A stretch of DNA of 64,000 nt from an uncultured Christensenellaceae bacterium (GCA_944380295.1 CALWHE010000008.1:6233-70232); one strand, 5' to 3'. Positions 1 through 9,863 are shown, counted from the stretch's first letter. Notes: generated by a model from the sequence alone, not told the origin. Program-made: numbers and translations.

Positions 1-1332
1 ATCGCCCGGCTTGCCAAGCTGAGCGTGCGCAGCAGTGCCATCAACCCCAAACTTTACGAAAAGTTTGACGTAAAGCGCGGTTTGCGCGATCTCAACGGCA
101 ACGGCGTGGTGTGCGGCTTGACGGAAATATCGGAGATCAACGCGTTCCATAAGGATAAAGACGGCAACAAGATCCCCTGCGAGGGCGAGCTGTTTTATCG
201 CGGCGTGAATATTTACGATCTGGTCAAAGGCTTTAACGAGCGCGGCAGGTTCGGCTTTGAAGAAACGGCTTATTTATTGTTGTTCGGGAAATTGCCCAAC
301 AAAGAAGAGCTGGCGGGATTTGCGGAAATGTTGGCTGATTTTCGCCCCCTGCCTCCCAATTTTGTGCGCGATATCATCATGAAAAACCCTTCTTCGGACA
401 TGATGAACATGCTGGCGCGCTGCGTGCTCAGCTTGTATTCTTACGATAAGCGACCGGACAGGATCACCCCCGGCAACACGCTCAAACAATGCTTGCAGCT
501 GATCGCGCGTTTCCCGCTTTTGGCGGTTTACAGCCAGATAGCTTACGAATATTACAACACGGATTGCTCCCTTTATATCCACAAGCCGGACGGCACGCTT
601 TCCGCGGCGGAAAACCTGCTTTACATGCTGCGTGAGGACAAATCGTTCACGCCGCTTGAAGCGCGCGTGCTGGACACCTGCCTCATTTTGCACGCGGAGC
701 ACGGCGGCGGCAACAATTCCACTTTCACCACTCATGTGGTCACCTCTTCCGGCACGGATACATACTCTTCCGTGGCTGCGTCTTTGGGCTCGCTCAAAGG
801 TCCCAAACACGGCGGCGCCAACGTCAAGGTGGTGGAAATGTTCGATTATCTGCATTCCGCGCTGCGCGACACATCGGACGGGGCTATCTGCGACTGCCTC
901 ACCGCCATGCTCAATAAAGAGGCGTTCGACAAGAGCGGACTTATTTACGGCATGGGGCATGCGGTCTATTCGCTTTCCGACCCGCGCTGCAACATTTTGA
1001 AGGAGTGCGCGGCAAATCTGGCGGCGGAAAAGGGCTTGCAGGAAGAATTCGAACTGCACAGCCGCGTGGCGACGCTGGCAGGGGAGCTGATCGCGGAAAA
1101 ACGCCGCATTTATAAAGGCGTCAGCCCGAATGTGGACTTTTATTCGGGGCTTATTTACAGCATGCTGGGGCTGGACCGCAAGCTGTTCACGCCGCTGTTT
1201 GCCATTGCGCGCATCGCCGGCTGGTCCGCACACCGCATAGAAGAGCTGTCCGGCGGCGGAAAGATAATCCGTCCGGCATATCAAGCCATAGCGGAACATC
1301 AGCCATATCTGCCCCTGGAAGAAAGAGAATAA
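1..1332 (+). CDS. gltA: Citrate synthase (5' end truncated by the window edge)
   Basis: Frame is open from base 1. Motifs LHAEHGGGNNST, GPKHGGAN, YGMGHAVYSLSDPR and PNVDFYSG are typical of citrate synthase. Confidence 0.93.
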   Translation: MARLAKLSVRSSAINPKLYEKFDVKRGLRDLNGNGVVCGLTEISEINAFHKDKDGNKIPCEGELFYRGVNIYDLVKGFNERGRFGFEETAYLLLFGKLPNKEELAGFAEMLADFRPLPPNFVRDIIMKNPSSDMMNMLARCVLSLYSYDKRPDRITPGNTLKQCLQLIARFPLLAVYSQIAYEYYNTDCSLYIHKPDGTLSAAENLLYMLREDKSFTPLEARVLDTCLILHAEHGGGNNSTFTTHVVTSSGTDTYSSVAASLGSLKGPKHGGANVKVVEMFDYLHSALRDTSDGAICDCLTAMLNKEAFDKSGLIYGMGHAVYSLSDPRCNILKECAANLAAEKGLQEEFELHSRVATLAGELIAEKRRIYKGVSPNVDFYSGLIYSMLGLDRKLFTPLFAIARIAGWSAHRIEELSGGGKIIRPAYQAIAEHQPYLPLEERE

Positions 1333-1340
1333 CTATTTTC

Positions 1341-1364
1341 AGCCCGCCGCAAGGCGGGCTTTTT
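1341..1364 (+). terminator. Intrinsic terminator after citrate synthase
   Basis: AGCCCGCC-GCAA-GGCGGGCT stem-loop followed by TTTT. Confidence 0.85.
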
Positions 1365-1633
1365 CGGCGGGGTGAATTATACTTTCAAGTGCAGCACTTT
1401 AACAAAATAAAGAGTTTATACAAAAACGGTGAATTATAATATCTCTCCGGAAAGGTTTTTGCCGTCCTTTTTTCGTATCGCTTGGCTCGCTTTTCGGCGG
1501 AAAGTAGCAAATGTATTGTGATCCTGCATTGTAGATCCAAGTAAAATTTCAAGTAGGTATTGCCAAAGAGGCGGATAAGTGATATAATATAGGTAAGATA
1601 GTAGTGTAAAATAGTGCAAAAGAGGGACCGGTA

Positions 1634-3220
1634 ATGATGCGGATAAAACGCATATTTATAGGGATGGTGATATTGCTTATATGTCTCTGTCCCTATATTT
1701 TATGCGGCTGTGAGGAAGGCGATCCGGAGCGGGAAGAGGAGACGATCGTGCAGCCGGACGTTCCCGAGGCGCCGGAGATCTCGCCGGAAGAGTATACGGT
1801 CACTTTTATATTTTTGAACGGAGAAAGCACGCACGAGGTTTATGAGGAAGGCGCGGCGCTGGAATATCCCGAACCCAAAGAATATGCGGGATATGTGTTC
1901 CGGGAATGGGAAGTAAGGGACGCCGCCGGGGAGATAACGGAAGGCGTGGAGGTGGTCGTGGGGGATATGGAATGCACGGCGAAATATGCGCGGCGGTGCG
2001 AGATAGTGGTGAAGATAGATTTGGAAGAGGGAGCGGAGATAGAAAGAAGATATGAGTGCGCGGAAGGGGGATTGCTGTCTTCCGCGGTGGATATGGAAAA
2101 GGTGGAGGAGCTGTTGCCGGAAGGGTATGAGATAAAGGGGGAGTATGCCGCAGACAGCGATTACGATATCATAGTGAACGCGGATACGGAGCTAAGGCTG
2201 GAAGCGTATAAGCGGAGATACACCATTGCCTTACATGTAAACGAACCACAGACGGAGTATATAGACGAGATAAAGCACGGGGATATACCGGAATTGCCGC
2301 AATGTTATGCGAAAGGTCTTTTGTTTACGGGCTGGTATACGGACGAAGAGTGCACGCACAAGTATGAACGGCAGGGCGTCTGCGGAAATACACACCTTTA
2401 TGCGGGCTGGGAAGAGATAGGCGAAGACACGATCATAGAGATAAACAGCGAAGAAGATATAGAGATATTGAGATGTAACCCCGATGCGAAATATATCGTG
2501 AACAACGCGCAGGCGCTGGCATTGCTGGCAGGCAGCGATATAGTATTCACGGGCGAATTGGACGGGAAAGGCGGCACGGTGAGGTTGCAAAACCAAGCGC
2601 TGTTCAAGGAAAATCGCGGGATCGTAAGAAATCTGCATATAGAAGCGGAAGCGGATAACGCGCAAGCCGTTACGGATATGTCAAAAGAGGAGAAAAACGG
2701 CGGCACGGCGTTCGGCGCGATATGCGGAGTAAACTTCGGCACATTGGAAAACATAAGCATAAGCGGGAATATCCATGCGGCAGCGATAAATTATTTTGGC
2801 GGCATATGCGGAGTGAACAAGGGGAAGATAACGGGGATAACGCTTGATCTCAACATGACCGCGGAAGGAGTGAGTGAAGGGACTGGCGGGATAGCCGGCA
2901 TGGAGAATGGCGGAGAAATATCCGGCGTGACGGGCAGCGTTGAGATAACTTCGAGCGGGGAGAGATCGGTAGCCGGCGGCTTGATAGGCACGATCACGGG
3001 CGGCGAGAACAAGATATCCGATGTAAACTTGACCGCGAAAATAAGTGCGAAGAATGCGGGCGGCATAGCCGGCGAAAACACGATGGGAGAGCTTGTGTTA
3101 TCCGGAGCCATTGAGGTGGCCACCAATGTGGAAGAGGGAAAATACAGCGGACCGATATTGGGGTTCGGGAAAGATTTTATCGAGGACGGCGCGGAGATCT
3201 CGATAACCAAAATCGAATAA
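1634..3220 (+). CDS. Acidic surface lipoprotein with InlB B/Listeria-Bacteroides-type repeats and GLUG-like repeats
   Basis: Signal peptide with lipobox-like ILCGC. Repeats YTVTF...PEPKEYAGYVFREW and LLFTGWYTD...LYAGW. C-terminal FGAICGVN/FGGICGVN/GGIAG/GGLIG repeats. Confidence 0.75.
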   Translation: MMRIKRIFIGMVILLICLCPYILCGCEEGDPEREEETIVQPDVPEAPEISPEEYTVTFIFLNGESTHEVYEEGAALEYPEPKEYAGYVFREWEVRDAAGEITEGVEVVVGDMECTAKYARRCEIVVKIDLEEGAEIERRYECAEGGLLSSAVDMEKVEELLPEGYEIKGEYAADSDYDIIVNADTELRLEAYKRRYTIALHVNEPQTEYIDEIKHGDIPELPQCYAKGLLFTGWYTDEECTHKYERQGVCGNTHLYAGWEEIGEDTIIEINSEEDIEILRCNPDAKYIVNNAQALALLAGSDIVFTGELDGKGGTVRLQNQALFKENRGIVRNLHIEAEADNAQAVTDMSKEEKNGGTAFGAICGVNFGTLENISISGNIHAAAINYFGGICGVNKGKITGITLDLNMTAEGVSEGTGGIAGMENGGEISGVTGSVEITSSGERSVAGGLIGTITGGENKISDVNLTAKISAKNAGGIAGENTMGELVLSGAIEVATNVEEGKYSGPILGFGKDFIEDGAEISITKIE

Positions 3221-3250
3221 ACAAAGCGGAAAGCAAAAAGTTGCTCGCAA

Positions 3251-3300
3251 TGATATGCACCCCAAAAGTTTATCCGACTTTTTGGGTGGGGTGCATATTA
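3251..3300. mobile_element. Short inverted repeat resembling two fused IS3-family (IS150 group) ends
   Basis: TGATATGCACCCCAAAAGT ... ACTTTTT-GGGT-GGGGTGCATATTA imperfect palindrome between convergent genes. Resembles the TG..TGCACCCCAAAAGT termini of Firmicute IS3 elements. No transposase present. Confidence 0.5.
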
Positions 3301-3320
3301 TGCCCTTTTTTATGCGCAGC

Positions 3321-4805
3321 TTATTTTATATAGAGGTCTTTGCTTGCGAATTCCGGTTCGCAGGTGATGTTCACGCCCATCTTGCGCATAACGCCCATGT
3401 CAGTATCGTTGAGCATGCAAGAACCGTGCGCTTCCAGACCGCGCAATTTGGGTAGCATGTCCAGCGCCGTTTGCGCCATGGGGTTGGTGGCGGCGCAAAT
3501 GCTGAGCGCGGTGAGCACGTCGTAAAGATTGAGCTTGTCCTTGTCCGCCTTAAAGACGTCTTTTTTCAGGCTTTTGATGGGTTCGAGGACGATGGGCAGC
3601 AAAAGCAGCATTTTGTCGTCTATGCCGGCGAGCGCCTTGACGGAATTGAGCACGCACGCGGAGCACGCCGTCATCAAAGAGGTGGTTCTGCCCGTGATGA
3701 ATCTGCCGTCTTCCAGCTGGATCGCCACCGCGCTTTCACCCGAGAGCGCCGCTTTTTCCAGCGCCGGTTTCACCACTTTTCTGTCTTCGAGAGAAAGTTT
3801 GCTCTCGTTCAATAAAAGCATGATTCGCTGCGGCACGGAAGAGTCGCACAAACCCTGCTTATAGTCGCAGGCGGCTTTGTAATACCGTCTGATCATCTCC
3901 TGGTTGGCGGCATAGCGCACCGCTTCGTCGTCCGTGATGGCAAAGCCCGCCATGTTCACGCCCATATCGGTGGGGGAGCGGTAGAGATTTTCATCGCCCG
4001 TTATCTTGGTGAGTATGGAACGCACGATGGGGAAGCATTCTATGTCGCGGTTATAATTCACGGCGGTCTCGCCGTAGGCTTCCAAATGGTAAGGGTCTAT
4101 CATGTTCACGTCGCCCAGATCCGCCGTTGCCGCCTCATACGCCACGTTTACCGGGTGTTTGAGCGGCAGGTTCCATACGGGGAAAGTCTCGAATTTGGCG
4201 TAGCCCGCCTTCACGCCGCGCTTATACTCGTGATAGAGCTGCGAAAGGCAGGTGGCAAGTTTGCCGCTTCCCGGTCCCGGCGCGGTGATGACCACAAGCG
4301 GTTTGGTGGTTTCTATGTAAGGATTGGCGCCGTAACCTTCATCGCTGACGATGGTGTTCACGTCCGTGGGATAGCCCTTGGTCTTGCGGTGGATATACAC
4401 CTTTTCGCCGCGACGTTCCAGTTTGCGCACAAAAACGTCCGCCGCCGCCTGATTTTCGTATTGCGTGACCACCACGGAATTGATGGATATGCCTATCTTG
4501 CGTATCTTGTCCACCAAACGCAGCACATCCATATCGTAAGTGATGCCGAAGTCCGCGCGTATTTTGTTGCGCTCGATGTCGCCCGCGCTGACCACAAAAA
4601 CTATCTCCGTCTTGTCTTTGAGCGCGCGCAAAATGTTTATTTTGGCATTATAGGCAAACCCGGGCAGCACACGCGAAGCGTGCATATCGTCGAACAGCTT
4701 GCCGCCGAATTCCAAATAGAGCTTATTGTTGAATTTTTCTATGCGCTGCAAGATCTTTTCCGTTTGCAGCTTGGCATACAGGTTGCTGTCAAATCCTTTT
4801 TTCAT
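3321..4805 (-). CDS. DUF1846 / UPF0371 family protein
   Basis: Start MKKGFDSNLY; signature KLYLEFGGKLFDDMHASRVLPGF and TAPGPGSGKLATCLSQLYHE. Confidence 0.9.
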   Translation of the reverse strand: MKKGFDSNLYAKLQTEKILQRIEKFNNKLYLEFGGKLFDDMHASRVLPGFAYNAKINILRALKDKTEIVFVVSAGDIERNKIRADFGITYDMDVLRLVDKIRKIGISINSVVVTQYENQAAADVFVRKLERRGEKVYIHRKTKGYPTDVNTIVSDEGYGANPYIETTKPLVVITAPGPGSGKLATCLSQLYHEYKRGVKAGYAKFETFPVWNLPLKHPVNVAYEAATADLGDVNMIDPYHLEAYGETAVNYNRDIECFPIVRSILTKITGDENLYRSPTDMGVNMAGFAITDDEAVRYAANQEMIRRYYKAACDYKQGLCDSSVPQRIMLLLNESKLSLEDRKVVKPALEKAALSGESAVAIQLEDGRFITGRTTSLMTACSACVLNSVKALAGIDDKMLLLLPIVLEPIKSLKKDVFKADKDKLNLYDVLTALSICAATNPMAQTALDMLPKLRGLEAHGSCMLNDTDMGVMRKMGVNITCEPEFASKDLYIK

Positions 4806-5141
4806 TTGCGTCGCCTCACAAAACTTTACGATAATTGTATCACACCCGCGCCGCCGTGCGCAAGAAAAAAACAATTATCCGCCGCCGCTAAACGCAAAAT
4901 ATTTTTCACGGGAAAGGATCGTAACGGTCGATTACCTGGGTGTTCAACAGCGGAAATTATTTTCTCAAATAGATATCAATATTGTCACGACAGAACTTCT
5001 AAAAAGTTTTTCGATCGTCATATCAAAATCGACGGACATTTTTAGCGTTAGAAAGCAATATTTTCAATACATTAGTCGGTTGCAAAAAAGTTGATAATTT
5101 GCCGGTAAGTGATATATAGATAAAAACTCAAAAAAGTCAGC

Positions 5142-5375
5142 TCACAGCAGATAGAAAAACGCGCCGGCGATCCCGGCGGCTCCGCACAGCGCCACCGCCC
5201 AGGCGGGGAGGAAGACGCCTGCCGCCATGGGGATAAGAGCCACGGCGGCGCCCAGCAGGCAGTTGAGCAACACGCAAAAGACCGTCTTTTTGCGTGCGCC
5301 GAAAATAAAGCAGGGCAGTAGCGCGGCGGCGGCGCCCAGGGCGAGAAGCAGCAGGTATTCGAGCGGAGTTCGCAT
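5142..5375 (-). CDS. Small membrane protein, BofA-like (pro-sigmaK processing inhibitor)
   Basis: 77 aa hydrophobic ORF (MRTPLEYLL...) with LLNCLLG...VALCGAAGIAG pattern resembling BofA. Confidence 0.5.
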   Translation of the reverse strand: MRTPLEYLLLLALGAAAALLPCFIFGARKKTVFCVLLNCLLGAAVALIPMAAGVFLPAWAVALCGAAGIAGAFFYLL

Positions 5376-5476
5376 ATAAAATCGATATGCGCAAAGCTTG
5401 GGAAAAATGCGCAAAAGCAAGGGCAGGGGCGAAAAAAACGGCGGCAAACGGCAGGGCGCGGATGGTGAGAGAGAAC

Positions 5477-5606
5477 GAGTGCGGGCGTGGTGCGGGCGGA
5501 GAGAAAGCGCGCAAAAAGACGGCGCGGGAGTGGTCGTTAAGAAAAAGAGAGTTCTGGCATGGCGCGGGCAGGGAGAAAGTGTGTAAAAAGATCGGCGCGG
5601 GAGTGG
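5477..5606. repeat. Degenerate direct repeat, 2 copies, 72-bp period
   Basis: 5477-5533 GAGTGCGGGCGTGGTGCGGGCGGAGAGAAAGCGCGCAAAAAGACGGCGCGGGAGTGG versus 5549-5606 GAGTTCTGGCATGGCGCGGGCAGGGAGAAAGTGTGTAAAAAGATCGGCGCGGGAGTGG. Confidence 0.7.
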
Positions 5607-5665
5607 GCGTGGAGCGGTGGAAAGGTCTGGCGCATAAAATAAATGCGCGGCGCGCCCGCGAAAGA

Positions 5666-5694
5666 TTGACAATTTGCAGGCAAACGGCTATGAT
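5666..5694 (+). promoter_or_regulatory. Sigma-A promoter for apgM
   Basis: TTGACA-17 bp-TATGAT. Confidence 0.75.
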
Positions 5695-5762
5695 ATTTTT
5701 GAAAAAGCATATCGATCGCGGCGCGCGCGTGCACAAAGGCGGCGCGGCGAAGGGAGAAGAAG

Positions 5763-6968
5763 ATGAAATACGTGGTTATTTTGGGTGACGGCATGGCAGA
5801 TCACCCCGTGGACGAGCTGGGCGGCAAAACGCCCTTGCAAGTGGCAAACAAACCCAACATAGACAGGCTTTCCCGTTTGGGCGAGTTGGGGCTGGTAAAA
5901 ACGGTGCCGGAGGGCATGAAGCCGGGCAGCGACGTTGCCAATCTTGCCGTTATGGGATACGATCCGCAAAAGTGTTACACGGGCAGATCGCCTCTGGAAG
6001 CGTTGAGCATGGGCGTGAAGATGGCAGACGACGATCTTGCCGTGCGCTGCAATCTGGTCACGCTTTCGGGCGAGGAGAGATATGAAGACAAGACGATGGT
6101 GGATTATTCGGGCGGAGAGATAAGCACGCCGGAGGCTGCCGAACTGATGGCGGCGGTGCGCGCGGAATTCGGCGATGAGCTGCACGAGTTTATTGCCGGC
6201 GTGAGTTATCGTCATTGCATGATCAGGCATCATTCCGCCACGGGCACGACCTACACTCCGCCGCACGACATCTCCGACAAGCCGATAAAAGGACATTTGC
6301 CCGGCGGCAGATACGGGGAAGAAGTGCTTGCCATGATGAAGCGTTCGTATGAGATATTAAAGGACCACCCCGTGAACAAAAAGCGCGAGGCGGAAGGCAA
6401 GCGCCCGGCTAACTCCATTTGGCTGTGGGGAGAGGGCACGCGGCCGGCGCTGGAAAATTTTGAGCGGCGCTGGGGCATAAAAGGCGCGGTCATTTCCGCC
6501 GTGGATCTGGTGAAAGGCATAGGCATGGGCGCGGGTATGCAGGTGATAGAGGTGAAAGGCGCAACGGCGGATTATCACACCAACTTTGCCGGCAAGGCGC
6601 AGGCGGCGCTGGACGCGCTCAAAGAGCGGGATTATGTGTATATCCACATGGAAGCGCCGGACGAATGCGGGCACCAGGGGGATCTGGCGCACAAGATATA
6701 TTCCATTGAACAAATCGATGAAAAAGTGGTAAAATATATCGTGGAGAGGCTGGACGCGGGCAAAGAAGATTATTCGCTGCTCATCATGCCCGACCACCCC
6801 ACGCCGCTCAAATTGAAGACGCACGTGAGCGATCCCGTGCCCTATGTGCTTTATCGCAGGGGAGATAAGGGCAGCGGCATGGCATATTGTGAAGAAAACG
6901 CCGCCAAAGGCGGAATATATTACGCATCGGGGGAGGCTTTGGCAAAGCATTTCCTTCAAGGCAGGTAA
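5763..6968 (+). CDS. apgM: Cofactor-independent phosphoglycerate mutase, ApgM (archaeal-type) family
   Basis: ILGDGMAD, GKTPLQ, PGSDVANL, GRSPLEA, HMEAPDECGH, MPDHPTP...TH motifs. Confidence 0.88.
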   Translation: MKYVVILGDGMADHPVDELGGKTPLQVANKPNIDRLSRLGELGLVKTVPEGMKPGSDVANLAVMGYDPQKCYTGRSPLEALSMGVKMADDDLAVRCNLVTLSGEERYEDKTMVDYSGGEISTPEAAELMAAVRAEFGDELHEFIAGVSYRHCMIRHHSATGTTYTPPHDISDKPIKGHLPGGRYGEEVLAMMKRSYEILKDHPVNKKREAEGKRPANSIWLWGEGTRPALENFERRWGIKGAVISAVDLVKGIGMGAGMQVIEVKGATADYHTNFAGKAQAALDALKERDYVYIHMEAPDECGHQGDLAHKIYSIEQIDEKVVKYIVERLDAGKEDYSLLIMPDHPTPLKLKTHVSDPVPYVLYRRGDKGSGMAYCEENAAKGGIYYASGEALAKHFLQGR

Positions 6969-6970
6969 AA

Positions 6971-8971
6971 ATGAAAAGACGCAACAGAAAACCGGACAAT
7001 TCTTTCGGCGCGCTCTTCGGCACGCAGGAACAGGATGCGGAACAGACGGAAGAAGTGATGCCTCCGGCAGAACTTCCCGCAGAAGAAGAGGCGGCGAAGG
7101 CGGAAGAGGCGCAAGCGCCCGAAGAAGAGCCGCCCGTGATCGGCGACGGCGAAGAAGAGGCAGAGCCGGCGCGGGAAGAGGAAGCTGCGGAAGACGCCAC
7201 CGCGCAGGAAGAGGAGCGGATAATAGAAGAAGACGCTCCGCCGCAGGAAACGGGCGACAAGCCGCGCCGCGGCAAGGTGAAAGAGCCGATGCCGCGCAAG
7301 AAAAAGGTGATCATAGGCGTGATAGCCGCCGTGCTTGCCGTGGCGGTGATCGCGGCGGTGGTGGTGCCGGTGGCGCTGTTTTTCAGCCGCAACCACACGG
7401 TGTCTTCCGCGGAAGATCTGCTTGCCGTGGAGTGGGATAAGCTGAACGGCAAGGCGGTGTATCTGCAAAAAGACATTGCCGTGGAGGGTGATCTGGAGAT
7501 CCCCGCCGGGGCGGTGGTGGACTTGCACGGGCACACTCTTAGCGTGGGCGGCGCGCTCAAAATAAGCGGCGGCACGGTGCAGATAGGCACGGTGTCCGGG
7601 GACGGATTCAATGAAAAGGGCGCGCTCAGCGCGGCTTCTTTGCAGGCGGACGACGCGGGCAGCGGCGTGGAACTTTTTGCGGACACTTCTTTGGGCGACG
7701 GTGCCGTGAATGCGGGAGTGTTCCGTGTGGCGCGCGCTCTGACTTTGGAAGGCACGCTGGCGGTGAGTGCGGATAACGCTTATATCGAAGGCAGCGTGAA
7801 CGGCGGAGAAAACGCACTGCTCACCTTCACGGGCGGCAGAGCAAAGATAAGCGGCAGCGTTGCCGTGCATATGATGGCGCAGGGCGGCGTGTATGCGGAA
7901 GTGGAAGGCGGCGCGGCGGACATCACGGCGGACGGGCAGTCTTACGTGGTCCTTTCCGGCAGCGCGGCGTCCGTGACGGGCGGCAAGGGCGTGCTGGCGC
8001 TGAAAAACTTCCGCTGCGATCTGTTTATCGGCATGGAAAGGCTGGGCGTATTCGTGCAGTCGTGCACGGGCAGCGAACGCATGGAAGACGTGGACGACAT
8101 TTTTTATATAGAGCAGCTGCAAACCCCGCCCGCCGTGCAGGTGGACATACGCGGAGAGAGGGTGATCCTCACCGTTACGGAAGTGGAACACGCTGCGGAA
8201 GCGGACTTTTCTTACCGCGTGGAAGTGAACGGCGAGATTTTTGAAAACGAATATACGGAAGAGATAGACATCACGTCCGCCATTCCCGGCGCGGGAGTGT
8301 ATGACATTTTTGTCATTGCGCAGGGCAACTTCAAGGCGGACAAAGAGGGGAAATACGACATAGATTCCCTGGACAAGGACGTCTATTATATAGACAGTTA
8401 TCCCTGCGGCGTGCGCTATGAGCACACCTTCACGCTGGCAACGCCCGACAACCTCAAAGTGACTGAATATGAAGGCGGCGTCCGGCTTTCCTTCAACCCC
8501 GTGGCGTTTGCCGATTATTATAATATCTATATCGGCGACGGCGAGGCTGTCCGCAGCGAGGAAAACGAATTGGATATCGCGTTCGACAAATTGACGGCGG
8601 GCGCCAATTCCATCTATGTGCAGGCGATGAGCGAAAACGAGCAGATACTCTCCTCCGCCCGCGCCCTGATAGGTTACGTCAAGTATGAAAAACTTGCCAC
8701 GCCGGCGGTGAACAAGCCGGTGGTGAACGGCAGAGAAGTGGCGGTGGGCTGGACCAAGACGGAAGGTTCGCCGGCGCGCATTTTCGAGGTGGTGTTCACT
8801 TATAACACCGCGGGTGGTCCGGCGCAAAAAATCGTGCGCACCACCGGCAGCACGCTGACGGTGACGCTTGACGATATGACGGAAGGCAGCGGCGTGAGTG
8901 TGAGCGTAAAGGCGATAGGATACGGCTATTATCTCACCGGCGACGCGGGTGTGAGCACGAGCGAGGGGTAA
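6971..8971 (+). CDS. Membrane-anchored surface protein: acidic N-terminal tail, one TM helix, beta-rich region, FN3-like C-terminal domains
   Basis: E/A/P-rich first ~105 aa, KKK then hydrophobic helix, repeated LQTP/LATP..V motifs. Starts 2 nt after the apgM stop. Confidence 0.7.
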   Translation: MKRRNRKPDNSFGALFGTQEQDAEQTEEVMPPAELPAEEEAAKAEEAQAPEEEPPVIGDGEEEAEPAREEEAAEDATAQEEERIIEEDAPPQETGDKPRRGKVKEPMPRKKKVIIGVIAAVLAVAVIAAVVVPVALFFSRNHTVSSAEDLLAVEWDKLNGKAVYLQKDIAVEGDLEIPAGAVVDLHGHTLSVGGALKISGGTVQIGTVSGDGFNEKGALSAASLQADDAGSGVELFADTSLGDGAVNAGVFRVARALTLEGTLAVSADNAYIEGSVNGGENALLTFTGGRAKISGSVAVHMMAQGGVYAEVEGGAADITADGQSYVVLSGSAASVTGGKGVLALKNFRCDLFIGMERLGVFVQSCTGSERMEDVDDIFYIEQLQTPPAVQVDIRGERVILTVTEVEHAAEADFSYRVEVNGEIFENEYTEEIDITSAIPGAGVYDIFVIAQGNFKADKEGKYDIDSLDKDVYYIDSYPCGVRYEHTFTLATPDNLKVTEYEGGVRLSFNPVAFADYYNIYIGDGEAVRSEENELDIAFDKLTAGANSIYVQAMSENEQILSSARALIGYVKYEKLATPAVNKPVVNGREVAVGWTKTEGSPARIFEVVFTYNTAGGPAQKIVRTTGSTLTVTLDDMTEGSGVSVSVKAIGYGYYLTGDAGVSTSEG

Positions 8972-9004
8972 GACGAGCGCGGACAAAACAAACAAAGTAA
9001 AAAG

Positions 9005-9034
9005 AAAAGACGGCTGCGGCGCAGCCGTCTTTTT
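9005..9034 (+). terminator. Intrinsic, possibly bidirectional terminator
   Basis: AAAAGACGGCTGC-GGC-GCAGCCGTCTTTTT. Confidence 0.8.
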
Positions 9035-9105
9035 GCCGCCGGGGTGCTTTGCGTGCAGAGCTTTTGAAGGCGCTGCCCGGCGGCGGTGCGATACGATAAA
9101 GGATA

Positions 9106-9408
9106 TTACTTTTTGCGGCTCGTAGATTTTGCTATCGAATCGAGAGCCTCCAATCTTGCCGTTTCGCGTTTCACACAATTAACGAAAAAGTCTTTCAGTT
9201 GCCCAACAAGCGCGACGTTGGCGAATATGCGCTGTTTCAACGTCATGTTTTCCTGCATTATCTGCGGAGGGAGAACGGGCGGCAGAAGAGGACAGTTGGT
9301 AAAGAAACGCGTGACGTTTCTGACGCGGCTTTTAAGTTCGGGGGTTTCGAGGAGTTTTAATGCAAATTCTTCCTTGGTAAAAAATGTCACTATAAATTCC
9401 ATTGACAT
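9106..9408 (-). CDS. Hypothetical protein (100 aa)
   Basis: Strong RBS (AAGGTGGAGGT) upstream of ATG at 9408; MSMEFIVTFF...SRKK. No recognised motif. Confidence 0.6.
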   Translation of the reverse strand: MSMEFIVTFFTKEEFALKLLETPELKSRVRNVTRFFTNCPLLPPVLPPQIMQENMTLKQRIFANVALVGQLKDFFVNCVKRETARLEALDSIAKSTSRKK

Positions 9409-9650
9409 TGTTGTTACCTCCACCTTTTCTGACAATAAGATAAGCCGTTTAATATGGCAATATATGTCAGTTAAATAAAAATTTTTCGGAAATTTTCGCG
9501 CTTTGTTTTCGGATACGGACGCGCTCGCGGTATCATCTGCACGCGCTGCCGTGCGCACAAACGCCGCGCCGCACATTTTAAGCCGCAATAAAGACATTTT
9601 TCACGCAGTCGTGTTATAATATCAATATCAAATTAAAAGCGGGGAAAGAT

Positions 9651-9863
9651 ATGAAGAGATTTTCTCTGATCGCCGCGGCGGCGATCGTAGTGCTCATCGT
9701 AACGCTGACGGCGGTGTTTGCCGGCTGTTACGACAGCACGCAAAAGCAAGGCGACCTGCAAAAGCGCACCTCGCTCACCGTGCGTGACGACGGCACTTTT
9801 GTCATCATGCAGCTCACCGATCTGCACCTCACCACAGCGCCGTTTTGTTTTCTTCTTATATAA
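9651..9863 (+). pseudogene. Truncated lipoprotein metallophosphoesterase (Dcr2-like N-terminus only)
   Basis: RBS, signal peptide and lipobox FAGC, then DGTFVIMQLTDLH (first metallophosphoesterase motif). ORF stops about 10 codons later. Confidence 0.6.

Noticed and set aside
4880-5140. AT-rich intergenic tract with small palindromes (e.g. TGTCACGACA) as a possible ncRNA or Spo0A array
   Set aside because: No extended stem, no exact TGNCGAA boxes and no repeat elsewhere in the window.
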